64,000 bases of DNA from Eledone cirrhosa (GCA_964016885.1 OZ024762.1:13640001-13704000), one strand, 5' to 3'; shown: positions 29,705 to 45,655, counted from the stretch's first letter. Program-made: numbers and translations. The notes: generated by a model from the letters alone, not told the origin.

Positions 29705-30800
29705 AGTATTAAGGATACTATTTATGGTTATGTATATACTAAAACTTTTTATAGTTATATATATTTTAAACCCTAAACAGTGAAAGACAGTAATTTATTA
29801 CTAACTTATTACCAGTAAGATAAATAGCTCAATGTAATAACATCAGTTGTTCTACAGAGCAGTTATATAGAATTCTCAGGAATCAAAGTTATGTTCAAAG
29901 CATTTATTAGCTTACAATTGTTTCATCCAAACCGAGGCTTGTTGTCTTCGGAGCATTTTTCAATGTTTGTATACATACATGACCTCCTTTCCAACGCAAG
30001 AGACATACAGATACATATGTATATAATAATGTACAGTGGGGTGACATATATTATATTATTTCTGAATGGTAATTTAAAATCATATTAAAACAGAATCAAA
30101 GCAAAATTAAAATTAAAAATACAACATCAATGCAAATTTAAAATACAATCGGCAGTTAACGTAGATAATGCAAGAGGATAGTTTGTTAGTCAGTTGTAGT
30201 AGTTATTGTATGCATTAGTTACACGTGGGGCATGCACGTGTGTCTTATTTATATATGATTATTGTGCGGCAGGGTGTTATATGTAATACATGCACTTTAA
30301 GCGTGTAATCAAGAGTATTATGGAGGTTGTAGTGGTAAGGTATTGTTTGTATATGATAAAGAAGCTTGTGTGCAGAGAAATAGTATAAATGAGAAGCAAA
30401 ATAATATTATGGTTTTTGTATACACCACCATTTTCACATTCAGGAAACGTAATATATAGTTTATATGTCCTTCACATAATTAACGGTGATTCCGTATGGG
30501 ATGTTTGATGTATTAAGTTAAATTTTTATAGCTTGTTGCGGCTCAGTGTTCTTTAATCCAATTTTATAGAGCAGGTTGTTTCTGTTGCGAGAATTTACAT
30601 CGTTTTATTATCCGGAAGTATGTGTGTGACTAAGGGGAGTTAATGCGTGAGAGGAGGTAACTAGGTGATTTCTATAACTAAATTTATTATTCCAACGTAC
30701 ATTAAAAGGTGTCTCAATTGAGTCCCTTATATATACGGTTATATACACAGTTTCCAAATTTAAGTATCCTATCTTTAATTACAGTCTACTCTATCATGAA
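29705..30800 (-). mobile_element. Decayed Penelope-like element 3' end (GIY-YIG-like remnant, hammerhead, AATAAA, bulged hairpin)
   Basis: 30780-30661 minus reads ...VYITVYIRDSIETPFNVRWNNK, then PLVTHI...ILATET; HHR at 29909-29955; hairpin at 29827-29860. Confidence 0.5.
29909..29955 (-). ncRNA. Hammerhead ribozyme, CCGAAGA core variant
   Basis: GCT-CCGAAGA-CAACAAGC-CTCG-GTTTGGAT-GAAAC-AATT-GTA-AGC, then AATAAA. Confidence 0.6.
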
Positions 30801-32127
30801 GTACTAAAGGTATCTATATTAGGATGAATACTCCCTATCATAGAGTGCTACAACTGAATATTCCATACGAAGAGTCAGATCTACATATCAAAGTTCTTTG
30901 TAAATGTAGTCTACTCACAGAACCTGTCAGGGGCCCTATTAGAACCACGTCTATATAACCCCTGGTAAGCTCTGGGTCAGCGTATGGTTGATTGCATGGC
31001 AAAGTTAAATATCTCTAAGGTAGACTAAAAAACATTTCTCACTTACAATGTCATTAATCTATCTACCAAGTTATACATGCATATATAACTCACATACCAC
31101 TTGTACATAATTCACTGTACTCAACATATAGGTTATACATCTCTTTTATGTTAATAAATTAATCCTCTATTTATCTAATAATAGCACTCCATACATACAA
31201 CAACATTTGCACAAATAATTCATTGCTGAATTCGGTGTTTAAAGTTTACATATTATTATATAGTGATATAATACAGTCTAAGTAATTGAAAGTAATTATA
31301 CTAAAAGTAGGTGTACATGGGGATATTTCTAGGGTAAAAGGTTTTAGATAGATGGAACGAATTGTGTTAGAATAGGGTGGATCATTGAGTGTGGAGTTGT
31401 GGTGTAAGGTGTGCCCTTGATGGATAAAGTAATTTCCAGACTGAACATTTTCATATATATATATATACGCATACATAGACACATACATACATTCATACCA
31501 CCATACACACACAGATATATATATACATAGATACATACATACATACACACATATACACACATATACACACGTATATATATATTGGTAAGCGAAAACAATC
31601 ACAGTTCTGCCGTCAATAACATATACAACACACATATATGCAACCTCCAGAAAATTAGGTGCCATTATTTATGATAAGTCTGTTTGCTTGACTGATTGCT
31701 TCATACAATTTCTCTTCGACTATATTCTATGGTTTGTGAAGCTAAAAAAAACATCGCAAATAATATTCAGATTGTCTTATCAATGTTTATCAAGAAAAAC
31801 GAGGAAGAAAATTGGACAGTCTTATCATTATGTTATTTTTTTTATTAGGTACTTGCTTTTTATAGCAGGTTTTATGGATATTAAGTATCAGCCTTAACTC
31901 AGTTTGATAATGTCACATGCTAGGAGAGTTAAGGTAAAGACTGATACGATATTTTGGTATGCGTTATACGTAAGTTGAAGTATATTTTAAATGTATTCAC
32001 TCACACATACTCACATTGTGTGTGTGTGTGGGGGGGGGATGTAGATATGTGTGTGTTTGCTTGTGTGTGTGTATGAATGCAGGTAGATCTATGTATGAAT
32101 TTATCTAACTAACTGTGTCTGTCTGTG

Positions 32128-32206
<79 letters not shown>

Positions 32207-32436
32207 CTTCAAATAAAGAAAGATATCTATCTATCTCTTCATCTATCTACATCTCTCTATCCACCTCTCCTCCCCCTCTCTCTCTTTCACTCTATCTCTT
32301 TATCTCTCTCTCTCTCTTTATCTCTGCCTATCTATCTCTCTCTCTCTTTCTTTATATCTATCTCTCTATCACTATCTATCTCTCTATCTCTCTCTATATA
32401 TCTATCTTTACCTATTTATCTCCCTATCTTTATCTG

Positions 32437-32488
<52 letters not shown>

Positions 32489-32923
32489 ACCTGTATTTAT
32501 ACACGGGTCTCTTTCAATTATGTCTCTACTTATTACATGTTCATATTCCATCTTAATTAAGTTAGGGAGTTTATCATTTTCTAGAAAATAATCTTGGTTG
32601 TATTCAATCCAATAAAACACGTGCTCCTTCCTATCATGTGGATGTTCAAACTGTATTTTCACTTTTTTATATATTTGTAAATATTGAAAGAACATTAAAA
32701 GGCCACAAGCAACCAAACATACATACACTTACACCAGGAGAAAACCACCATAGGAGTGGCATTTTTACAAATATATATATATATATATATATATCTGTAT
32801 GTGTGTGTGTAGAATATATAAGACAAACATAGAGATGCAAAAAAAATAGGATTATTACTTTCACGTTTATATATACTGGATGTCCCCTAAAAATGTATGA
32901 ACACATTGATTAGAATATATATA

Positions 32924-32971
<48 letters not shown>

Positions 32972-32981
32972 TATTTATATG

Positions 32982-33039
<58 letters not shown>

Positions 33040-33043
33040 TATT

Positions 33044-33093
<50 letters not shown>

Positions 33094-33215
33094 AATATAT
33101 TTATATGTGTGTATATATATACATATATATGTATATATATATATATAAATATATTTATATGTGTGTATATATATACATATATATGTATATATATATAAAT
33201 ATATTTATATGTGTG

Positions 33216-33247
<32 letters not shown>

Positions 33248-33416
33248 AATATATTTATATGTGTGTATATATATATTTATATGTGTGTGTATATATATAT
33301 ATATATGTATATATATATTATATATATATATAAATATATTTATATGTGTGTATATATATATTTATATGTGTGTGTATATATATATATATATGTATATATA
33401 TATAATATATATATAA

Positions 33417-33447
<31 letters not shown>

Positions 33448-33538
33448 TATATAATATGTATATATATATATATATATATAATATGTATATATATATATAT
33501 ATATATATAATATGTATATATATATATATATATATATA

Positions 33539-33600
<62 letters not shown>

Positions 33601-33605
33601 ATATG

Positions 33606-33643
<38 letters not shown>

Positions 33644-33644
33644 G

Positions 33645-33713
<69 letters not shown>

Positions 33714-33961
33714 GTATGTATATATATATATATATATATATAATATGTATGTATATATATATATGTATATATATAATATGTATGTATATATATATATGTA
33801 TATATATAATATGTATATATATATATGTATATATATATATGTATATATATAATATGTATATATATATATGTATATATATATATAATATATATAATATGTA
33901 TATATATATATAATATATATATATAAATATATATGTATATATATATATATATATATATAAA

Positions 33962-34298
33962 TAGTAATAATAATAAAATTGAAGACTAAAATCAAAAGAG
34001 GGCTCGATAAGGAAAATATATATCAAATATATAAGAACCGAAGAGCAAATATTTATTAAAATAACAGATTAAAGTTTAAGTAAAGAATCGCTGCTTCCAC
34101 CCTTAACGGGATCTTCTGAAACTAACAAAGTCAATCTGTAAACGCAGAACTGGATATTTCAAAAAACGTTGCAACCGGAGGAAGACAGGGAGACGATACT
34201 TTGGTTCGTGGAAACGTTCGCTGGCAAAGAACGGGACAAAACGAATAAGAAAGCAGCGATTCTTTGCTTAAACTTTAATCTGTTATTTTAATAAATAT
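33962..34298. mobile_element. Family G: ~48-bp inverted repeats (34049-34096 / 34251-34298); related pieces at 40012-40057 and 56250-56342
   Basis: AAGCAGCGATTCTTTGCTTAAACTTTAATCTGTTATT present four times in the window. Confidence 0.75.
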
Positions 34299-34311
34299 AT
34301 ATAAATATATA

Positions 34312-34374
<63 letters not shown>

Positions 34375-34394
34375 GTGTAAATATATATGTATAA

Positions 34395-34465
<71 letters not shown>

Positions 34466-34508
34466 ATATATATATGTGTATATATATATGTATATGTATA
34501 TATATATG

Positions 34509-34539
<31 letters not shown>

Positions 34540-34571
34540 TATGTAAATATATATATGTGTATATATATGTG

Positions 34572-34603
<32 letters not shown>

Positions 34604-34893
34604 ATATATATATGCGTATATATATATGTATATGTATATATATATATAATATATATATATAAATATATATATGTGTGTATATATATAATATATATATATA
34701 AATATATATATAGATATACATATATATATATAAATATATATATAGATATATATATATATATATAATATATATATATAATATATATATGTGTGTGTATATA
34801 TATATATACATATATATATATAATATATATATATATATAAAAATATATATATATATAATATATATATAACATATATATATATAAGTATATATG

Positions 34894-34926
<33 letters not shown>

Positions 34927-35014
34927 GTATATATATATACATATATATATAATATATATATATATACATATATCTCTCTATATATACATATATATATATA
35001 TATACATATATCAC

Positions 35015-35048
<34 letters not shown>

Positions 35049-35265
35049 AAATATTAAAAAAATAATAATGAATAAAACAATGAAACAGTTCCTTATATTA
35101 AACAAAAAAAGTTCATTATTTAACGATCGTTTCTAGGATATATATGTGTTAGAATTGGCATGCATATTCAACAGATCTATGTACAAAATTATATAAAATT
35201 ATACAAACTATCAAGATTAAATATACATACCAAACACACATATATGCCGTCTTCAGAAATAATAC

Positions 35266-35318
<53 letters not shown>

Positions 35319-35319
35319 G

Positions 35320-35376
<57 letters not shown>

Positions 35377-35377
35377 T

Positions 35378-35410
<33 letters not shown>

Positions 35411-35411
35411 T

Positions 35412-35478
<67 letters not shown>

Positions 35479-35497
35479 ATTTATATATATATATATT

Positions 35498-35556
<59 letters not shown>

Positions 35557-35559
35557 ATT

Positions 35560-35596
<37 letters not shown>

Positions 35597-35599
35597 ATT

Positions 35600-35636
<37 letters not shown>

Positions 35637-35864
35637 ATATATATATATAATATCTATAAATATATATATATATATATAATATATATATATATATATAAAT
35701 ATATATATATATAAATATATTTATACTGTCCAAAGCTAGCTACACATGAACTTACGCATATATCTACTCACTCCGCATGACATGCATATATTTACACACA
35801 CACACACTCACACGCACACACATATATATATATATATGTATATGTGTGTGTGTCTGTGTATTTA

Positions 35865-35920
<56 letters not shown>

Positions 35921-36035
35921 CATACATACACATATATACATATATACATACATATATATATATGTGTATATATAAAATACAAGCATCCACAACTTAACGT
36001 TCTCAAATATAGCTAAAAATGGCGACGCTCCAATA

Positions 36036-36072
<37 letters not shown>

Positions 36073-36307
36073 GTTGTTGTTGTTGTTGTACGCTAAGCAA
36101 GTGTCCATTGCAGATGCCGTTAAAAAAATTCCACTGCAGTAATTCCCCGGAATCAGTTTACCAATTCTTACAGCCATATTGGACTGAACTGATGATGATG
36201 ATGATGATGATCATGGTGGTGGGGGTGTTAGTGGGGGAGGTGGTCGTTGTAGGAGGAAACACAATATAAAGATTTGTGTCTTTGCATTATTTATTATATA
36301 TTCTATG

Positions 36308-36350
<43 letters not shown>

Positions 36351-37021
36351 ATGTATGTATGTATATATGTGTGTGGGTATGCATTGATATATATATGTAT
36401 ATATATATATATGTATGTATATTATATATGTATATATATTATATATGTATATATATATGTATGTGTGTATGTATTGATGTATATATATATATTTGTATAT
36501 ATGTATGTATTGATGTGTGTATGTATGTGTGTATGTATTGATGTATATATATATATATAAATATATATATGCTTCTCTAATTCCGTCATTTGATCAACTC
36601 CCTCCTTAACACCGCTGACATACATGTGTATGTTTGTATATATATATATGTATATAAATATATATATATATAAATGTATATATATATATAAAATCATCAA
36701 TAGCATCTGAAATCGTGGCCAAGGCCGCCTTGTTTCATTCCACACGTCTCTATATTCTAAAAATTACTTTTGGTTATCGACCTCGATAGGGTGACGAGCT
36801 GAGATTCACTGTGCATTATTTGAACTCAGGAAACAGAGAGCTAGTGAAACTCAACAAACTACTTGCCTTTTTATACGACATTTTTACGACTCTGACACCT
36901 CGCCAACTTAACACGGTTATTACAATCCTTGCTATAATTGTTATTATAATCGTTGATGCTGATTTTAAACATACAAATGTATTGTCTGTGTGAGTGTGTA
37001 TATATAACTAAGCGAATATGA

Positions 37022-37123
37022 TTCCTGTAGAAGCCATTTCTACATTAAATGTTGTTGAATACACTCTACTGATGTATTGAGTAACTTAGTTACTGTGATT
37101 ACCTCGTTCGAACCCGGGACTCA
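37022..37123 (+). mobile_element. Family F diverged copy (post-HHR part and tail)
   Basis: TCCTGTAGAAGCCATTTCTACATTAAAT...ACTCTACTGATGTATTGAGTAACTTAGTTACTGTGATTACC. Confidence 0.7.
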
Positions 37124-37158
37124 GCCAGACAGACATACACAGACATACACACACTCAC

Positions 37159-37210
<52 letters not shown>

Positions 37211-37211
37211 A

Positions 37212-37254
<43 letters not shown>

Positions 37255-38065
37255 ACACACACACACGCGTACACGTGTGTTTGTGATGGTTTTAAATAAC
37301 GACGCATCTCTAATTATCTTTGTTATTATGTTTTCAATTATAATTTTATACCAATATAATATAACAGTATACCACAGTATTTTAGGCTGATTAAATTCCT
37401 AGATGCATAGACTACACGGTTCATTTGCAACAACGAATATTTAACATGCTGTGTATTAAAGAAGCATAACATAACACAAGCAAATGTTGATAGAAAATAA
37501 AATATAAAAACATCCTAGCAAACAACACAATTATATTATACAGAAGTTCACGTAACACTAGAATATAAACTACGAAAAGAGTGTTAATAATAAACACAAC
37601 GTGAAAATCAACCGAAGCACATTATATACACACTAATAATTCACAGAACCCTGCTCTGAATGCTGAAGCAATATCTGAGCCAACGGTCAAGAACATAAAA
37701 CCAGGCGTAATGCCATTTAATATATAAAAAACAAAGCATTATATTTTAAATTCCAACATTAATACCATTGTCACTGCTTACGACAAAAAAAAAAGAAAAA
37801 AATGGTGATATTACACAACACACAGAGTCACTTCATACTGAAGCTATGAATGTGAAGGTCGTCAAACGCCGATGGACCTGGGAACTTTACCCTTCCAAAT
37901 AAGCTGTAAAGAGCTCATAAGGAAATATGAGAAGAATGTTATAATAATAATAGTAATAATAATAATAATAATAGAATGGTTTTGTTTGCTATCTAATAAA
38001 ACAACACAAACACACACACACATATACAAACAGTCACACAAACATATAAAATGATATTCTCAAAA

Positions 38066-38098
<33 letters not shown>

Positions 38099-38611
38099 TA
38101 GATATGAGTTAATAAATGAAACAAAGAAAACACAGGGGACAACTTATATATATATATATATATGTATATATATTTATATATATTCGTTGCAGAAAGAAAC
38201 ATTTAACACCGAGTTAACCCCTAAAATATATATATATAAAATATAAAAAATATCTTTCGCTATGGTTTCCACTTCGATTCTTTAATAGTTTTCCTATATC
38301 ATCCCGAGTGTGTATATATATATATGTGTGTGTGTGTATGTGTGTGTGTGTGCGTCTGTATGTGTGTGTGTGAGAGAGAGAGAGAGAGGGAGAGAGAGAA
38401 AAAATGAGGGAGAAAATGGAACATTAGGAACCAACATTGTCCAATTGGGAAATGATTGCAAAAATAAACAAGGAACATACAAAAGAAAATGGTTACTTGG
38501 TTTTCAATTGAAAGCGGTAAGACAAAGATGGCTTGTGGACGCCATTTTTTTCCATATTAGTTACTTCTGTTAGACACACAAGTACACACATAATAGCGCA
38601 CAAATGTAACA

Positions 38612-38669
<58 letters not shown>

Positions 38670-38684
38670 ATATATATATATATA

Positions 38685-38755
<71 letters not shown>

Positions 38756-38766
38756 GTGCGTATATA

Positions 38767-38801
<35 letters not shown>

Positions 38802-38812
38802 GTGCGTATATA

Positions 38813-38843
<31 letters not shown>

Positions 38844-38884
38844 GTGCGTATATATGTATATGTATATATATATATATGTATATG

Positions 38885-38938
<54 letters not shown>

Positions 38939-39142
38939 TGTATGTATATATATATGCGTATATATGTATATATATATGCGTATATATATATATATATAAT
39001 ATGTATATACATATATATATAATAAGTATATATAATATGTATATATATATATATATAATAAGTATATATATATATGTATATATATACATGTAAATATATA
39101 TACACACATACACACACATACACATATATATATATATATGAG

Positions 39143-39243
<101 letters not shown>

Positions 39244-39325
39244 ATATATATATATTTATATATATGTGTGTTGGTGAAATCAATGTGATGTGATCACTAT
39301 TTATGTTCTGTGGCTGTATATATTC

Positions 39326-39457
<132 letters not shown>

Positions 39458-39904
39458 TTAATTATTCCTTAATTAGTTATGCATATTCTCATGTGTGCGT
39501 ATTTAACCACATCGCAAAACACATTACAGATCTCTCTCTCTCTCTCTATCTCTCCACACACACACATATATATATACACACATATACACATATATACACA
39601 CGTTTAGGAAACTATAACTGTAATGCATTGATTTCTTCACACTGTGTGCATCTGATTTGATAGAAAGGTTATTGTTAAAGGAAACTAAACAAAACATGAA
39701 ATGAGTGGGAGAGAGGTGGGGAGAGTGATCGATGGATAGGAGACGGAGAGAAAGAGAGGGAGAAGTGGGGAGAGAGAGAGGGGGTAGAGGTTGGGGGAGG
39801 TGGGGAGAGGGTGAGAGAGATACAGGAAGAAGGGTTTAGAGAGAGACACAGTCAGATGGGAAAGTGAATGGCTAAAGATCTCTCGATTAGGAACTAACTC
39901 TGTG

Positions 39905-40005
<101 letters not shown>

Positions 40006-40052
40006 CATGTATAAGGGTGAAAGCAGCGATTCTTTGCTTAAACTTTACTCTG

Positions 40053-40092
<40 letters not shown>

Positions 40093-40317
40093 TCAGCATC
40101 ATCATCATCACTACACCATCACCACTGTCACCATCAGCGTCATCACCGTCACTATTACCATCACCACCATCACCCCCACCTTATATATACATATATATAT
40201 ATGTATATATATATATATGTATATATATATATGTATATATATATATGTATATATATATATGTATATATATATATATGTATATATATATATACGTATATAT
40301 ATATGTATATATATATG

Positions 40318-40367
<50 letters not shown>

Positions 40368-40369
40368 CG

Positions 40370-40439
<70 letters not shown>

Positions 40440-40597
40440 TATGTATATACATATATATATATGTATCTATATATATATATATGTATGTATATGTATCTAT
40501 CTATATATATACATGTATATGTATCTATATATATATATATGTATGTATATGTATCTATCTATATATATACATGTATATGTATCTATCTATATATATA

Positions 40598-40653
40598 TAT
40601 GTATAATAAAATAAATATGGTTTTATAAATATAGTTTCCATTTGTTAATATAT

Positions 40654-40658
<5 letters not shown>
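40598..40658 (+). mobile_element. Family D fragment beginning at the HHR cleavage region
   Basis: TATGTATAATAAAATAAATATGGTTTTATAAATATAGTTTCCATTT matches 43555-43600. Confidence 0.75.
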
Positions 40659-40697
<39 letters not shown>

Positions 40698-40711
40698 ATA
40701 TATATATATAT

Positions 40712-40809
<98 letters not shown>

Positions 40810-40938
40810 CGTTTATGTGTGAGTGCATATGAATGTATATGTTTGTGCGTAAAAGCAATATTTAACTATCTAAAAACACTTGTTTAGTGCCAATACTATT
40901 GTCTGTCTATCTATCCATCTATTTATATATCTAACCAC

Positions 40939-41009
<71 letters not shown>

Positions 41010-41724
41010 TCTCTCACCGTATTTATTTTCATTTTACTTAGTCACTCTTTACTCACGTAACAATGTGTGTTATAACACATAGATTGCAGATTTGATTGCG
41101 TGTATATATGACATCTACATACATTACAACATATATACACGCGTTCATTCTCTGTTAACACCTATGTAATAACCAATATATTAGATACAATATACAGCTA
41201 AGAAGGCATTACAGCCGTGATTGGATACATACTATATACAGACATACACATCCATAACTATCTTATAGATATCAAATACTCATACATACATATATATACA
41301 GATATATATTTCTCGATAAATATAGATGTGTCTGCAAGAATTCACAAATTCCGATATACTTCTCCAAGAGTCCGACCACACCCGGGGCCATTAAGTTAGA
41401 ATTGGGAAGTATACTCTATAATGGACAGATTGATTTTTATGTTAGTAAATAATGTCATCCTTTAAACTCCAAATATATTTTGATAGTCATGTGGCGTGGA
41501 AATTCTATGTTCCAGCTGGCGAAAAACAATTTATTTTCCCAGCCCAGCACATAATGAAATGACCATATTCTAAAAGATGCTGACATACCAATAAAAATAT
41601 TCAGTTATTCACCATTCTAAAAGATGATTAGCAATAGTTAGTCACCTACCTTAGTTGAGTTCCTTTATTACATATTGTACTGCAGACAAAGAGGAAAGTA
41701 ATCACATCTCTGTCACCCTCTCTT

Positions 41725-41793
<69 letters not shown>

Positions 41794-41869
41794 CTCGTGA
41801 GAGATCCAGTCCTTCATTCACACATACACATTTGTATATATGTATATATATATGTACATATACATATAG

Positions 41870-41937
<68 letters not shown>

Positions 41938-41942
<5 letters not shown>

Positions 41943-42146
41943 AACAAGTATGACCCCGACGGCAGAGCTCAAGCCGTTTCGGCGGCTATTTCTGGACTAG
42001 AAATACCCGTCCAGAAATAGCCGTCGAAACGGCTTGAGCTCTGCCGTCGGGGTCACACTTGTTCCTATTACCCACTCTACTACACTAAGTATTGAGTACT
42101 TTGGTGCGTTATGGTCCATCTGGTTCCTTACCACAATTCCTTCGTT
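41938..42146 (+). mobile_element. Family A fold-back element
   Basis: ~60-bp arms; GAAA-CGGC-TTGAGCTCT-GCCG-TC at 42026-42048; family tail; (TA)n flanks. Confidence 0.9.
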
Positions 42147-42236
42147 ATATATATATATATATATAAATGTATATATATATATATATATATATATAGTGTA
42201 TATATACATATATATATAGTGTATATATATATAATG

Positions 42237-42268
<32 letters not shown>

Positions 42269-42273
42269 TTATA

Positions 42274-42360
<87 letters not shown>

Positions 42361-42383
42361 ATATTATATATATATATATATAT

Positions 42384-42414
<31 letters not shown>

Positions 42415-43161
42415 ATATATATATATATATATATATTATATATTATATATATATTATATATATATATATATTATATATATTTATATATATATATATAGTG
42501 TATATATATATATATATATATATAGTGTATATATATATATATATATATATAGTGTATATATATATACATATATAGAGTGTATATATATATTTATATATAT
42601 ATATATAGTGTATATATATATATATATAGTGTATATATATATATATATATAGTGTATATATATATATATATATAGTGTATATATATATATATATATAGTG
42701 TATATATATATACATATATAGAGTGTATATATATATATATAGTATATATATATATATATATACATATATAGAGTGTATATATATATATATATATAGTATA
42801 TATATATATATACATATATAGAGTGTATATATATATATATATATATATAGTATATATATATATATACATATATAGAGTGTATATATATATATATATATAT
42901 ATAGTGTATATATATATATATATAGTGTATATATATATATATATAGTATATATATATATGTATATATGTATATATATATATATTTATAACGAACTTCGTT
43001 GCCCAATTTATTCTCGGTGTATATATTCAGGGAAACGATACATTGGTTGTAAATGCCAAAAATAATGAGTTTAAGTATATTGTGAAAATAGAATGTATTA
43101 TCAAAACCTACAAGGCATACCCACACACAAACACAAATATATATATATATATACATAATAC

Positions 43162-43249
<88 letters not shown>

Positions 43250-43506
43250 TATATATATATTTATATATATCTATTTATATATATCTTCCTTTTTTCTCTC
43301 TGTCCTTATTTTTCTCTATCCTTCTCTCTCTCCGTTTTTTCTTTCTCTCCGTTTTTTCTCTTTCTCTCCGTCTTTTTTCTAACTGTGCTTAACACTATAA
43401 CTAATAAAATAATTATAAACATCTCACTATCGAGACAGCCTCCAAAAATAATGGCCGCTTCTAATAGGGTACGTCAAAATTATTTATAAAACTGTTTATG
43501 TATTGT

Positions 43507-43569
43507 ATTTTATCTGACGAAGGCATGCCATATTTTAATTTGGTATCCCTGAAATATGTATAATAAAAT
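43507..43569 (+). ncRNA. Type I hammerhead ribozyme (family D, no fold-back arm)
   Basis: ATTTTAT-CTGACGA-AGGCATGCCA/TGGTATCCCT-GAAA-TATGTA-TA-ATAAAAT. Confidence 0.8.
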
Positions 43570-43610
43570 AAATATGGTTTTATAAATATAGTTTCCATTT
43601 ATTTAATATC

Positions 43611-43699
<89 letters not shown>

Positions 43700-44628
43700 G
43701 TATTATGTATGTATACATATATATATGCATTAGCAGCCACACATACGTACATATATACTTGTCTCTGCACCTGTGTAAGAGTGAATGTGTGTATCTATAG
43801 CACCTTAGCCTCGCTGATGTTATTTTCCCATTGATTATCTTGTTTAAGATCATATATGGTGTCAGAAATTAAACCTTTCTCTACTCTGTCTCCTTGCTAA
43901 TAGAATATTTAACAAGCTTGACAACCTAGTTATAAATAGTTCTCAGAATATGACAAATGTTCCTATATATTTCAGTGTTGTTCCCATCATCGGCTTGTTT
44001 TAAAATAATTGGCACTGGTTTCGTTAAATTGATTTGTCGAGTACAACTTTTCTTTTGTCCAGTGATTCGTTCCAGCGTCTTTCTAACCAAATATCTGTAA
44101 TATCGGAGCTGTGAAGTCTCGTTCGAAAAAGTAGCGGCTCTACTGCCAGTAGGATATGCCAAATCCAGACGTTTAGAAAACTTCGTAGGAACATCTTACT
44201 CATTAGTTATCAGTTGGAGGCACATAGTGACAAATATACACGTGGAGAAGGTGTGGGGTGCTCCAGTCTTATCCCCATGTCGCTAAACCTGTAACCTGAA
44301 CAGAAACATGCTTCGGCGGAGGTTTGAGCGTCTAATCAGCCATTTTTTTAGATAAATTGCTCACCCATATAACAAGTGAATTGTCTAGATTGTGACATAA
44401 CCAAAGCCAGTTCGGTCATCAAATAAGCAAGCAGGCTGCGTTTGGTGATGGTTTATAACACCAGGGAACTCGTTGTCCCTCTTCTGAAAAAATGTGGCAG
44501 CAATCATATATATATATATATATATATTATATATTTATATATATATGTATATATGTAGGGAATATAACGTGCAGTTACAGTCCGGCGAGTTTTTGATTCC
44601 AGAGTCGGGCCAGATCGATACATATCGA

Positions 44629-44700
44629 ACCATGAGCTGATAAATAGCGAAACGCGCGTCATTACTCAATAAACGTAATGAAGACATCAAATCGTCCTTT

Positions 44701-44703
<3 letters not shown>
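44629..44703 (+). ncRNA. Hammerhead remnant (5' core decayed) with AATAAA tail
   Basis: ..CATGA-GCT-GATAAAT-AGC-GAAAC-GCGC-GTC, then AATAAA and (TA)n. Confidence 0.55.
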
Positions 44704-44756
<53 letters not shown>

Positions 44757-44800
44757 AAGTTAAATAAAAGTCAAATGATTAAAATTTAGCTTCGTTTATT

Positions 44801-44855
44801 ACTGCTATATATATTTCAGTGACAGCCATCTTTGGCTGTGACCTCTTCAGGCAGT
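44801..44855 (-). ncRNA. Type I hammerhead ribozyme
   Basis: ACTGC-CTGAAGA-GGTCACAGCCA-AAGA-TGGCTGTCACT-GAAA-TATATA-TA-GCAGT, then AATAAA. Confidence 0.85.
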
Positions 44856-45027
44856 TTGAATTAGTGTGGTATAGACAAGTACATATGTTGTTTAGGTGTA
44901 TAATATTGTCAATACTCTGATATGCCCAGTTCCTTGTTGGGTTGTTAATTCACTGAGGAACTGGTGTCATATGAATTCAAACAAACGAATTTCAGTGTTA
45001 TATATTTCAGTGTTATATATTTATATA

Positions 45028-45216
45028 TAAAAGGATTGAACCAGCTTTACACTAGTTAGACCATTCTTCAACAGAGTACTCGATATTTGGGGTATGGTTT
45101 TATTATACAGAGTTTGGACCCGTCGGCTGAGCTCTTGCCGTTTCAATAGCTAATTCCAGACTGAACTTGCTCTTGAAACGGCAAGAGCTCCGCCGTCGCG
45201 CTTCGACACTTTCTAA
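45028..45216 (-). mobile_element. Diverged family A-related fold-back element
   Basis: GAGCTCTTGCCGTTTCAA / TTGAAACGGCAAGAGCTC arms; minus-strand tail GAGTACTCTG...ATGGTC. Confidence 0.65.
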
Positions 45217-45234
45217 GATATATATATATATATA

Positions 45235-45655
45235 TACAATATATTAACAAATCGAAACTATATTTATAAAACCATATTTATTTCATTATACATATTTCAA
45301 GGCCACCAAAGTAAATTATGGTGCGCTTTCATCAGATAAAATATAATATAGATCAGTTTTATAAACAAATATTGACATACCCTTAAAGAATGCGACCATG
45401 TCGGTTGGAAGCTTAAGGGTATGTCAATATTTGTTTATAAAACTGATCTTTATTATATTTTATCTGATGAAAGCGCACCATAATTTGCTTTGGTGTCCTG
45501 GAAAAATGTATAATGAAATAAATATGGTTTTATAAATATAGTTTCCATTTGTTAATACATTGTATTTTTACTCCAATAATTTGTTGAGTGCTTTATATCA
45601 GTTATATATATATTTGTCTGTTGTATCCCAACAAATTAAATATAATCTCTACATA
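45235..45655 (+). mobile_element. Family D fold-back element (~150-bp arms) with hammerhead at 45458-45518
   Basis: 45235-45386 inverted to 45413-45565; TTTTAT-CTGATGA...GAAA-AATGTA-TA-ATGAAA; tail hairpin at 45570-45589. Confidence 0.85.
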
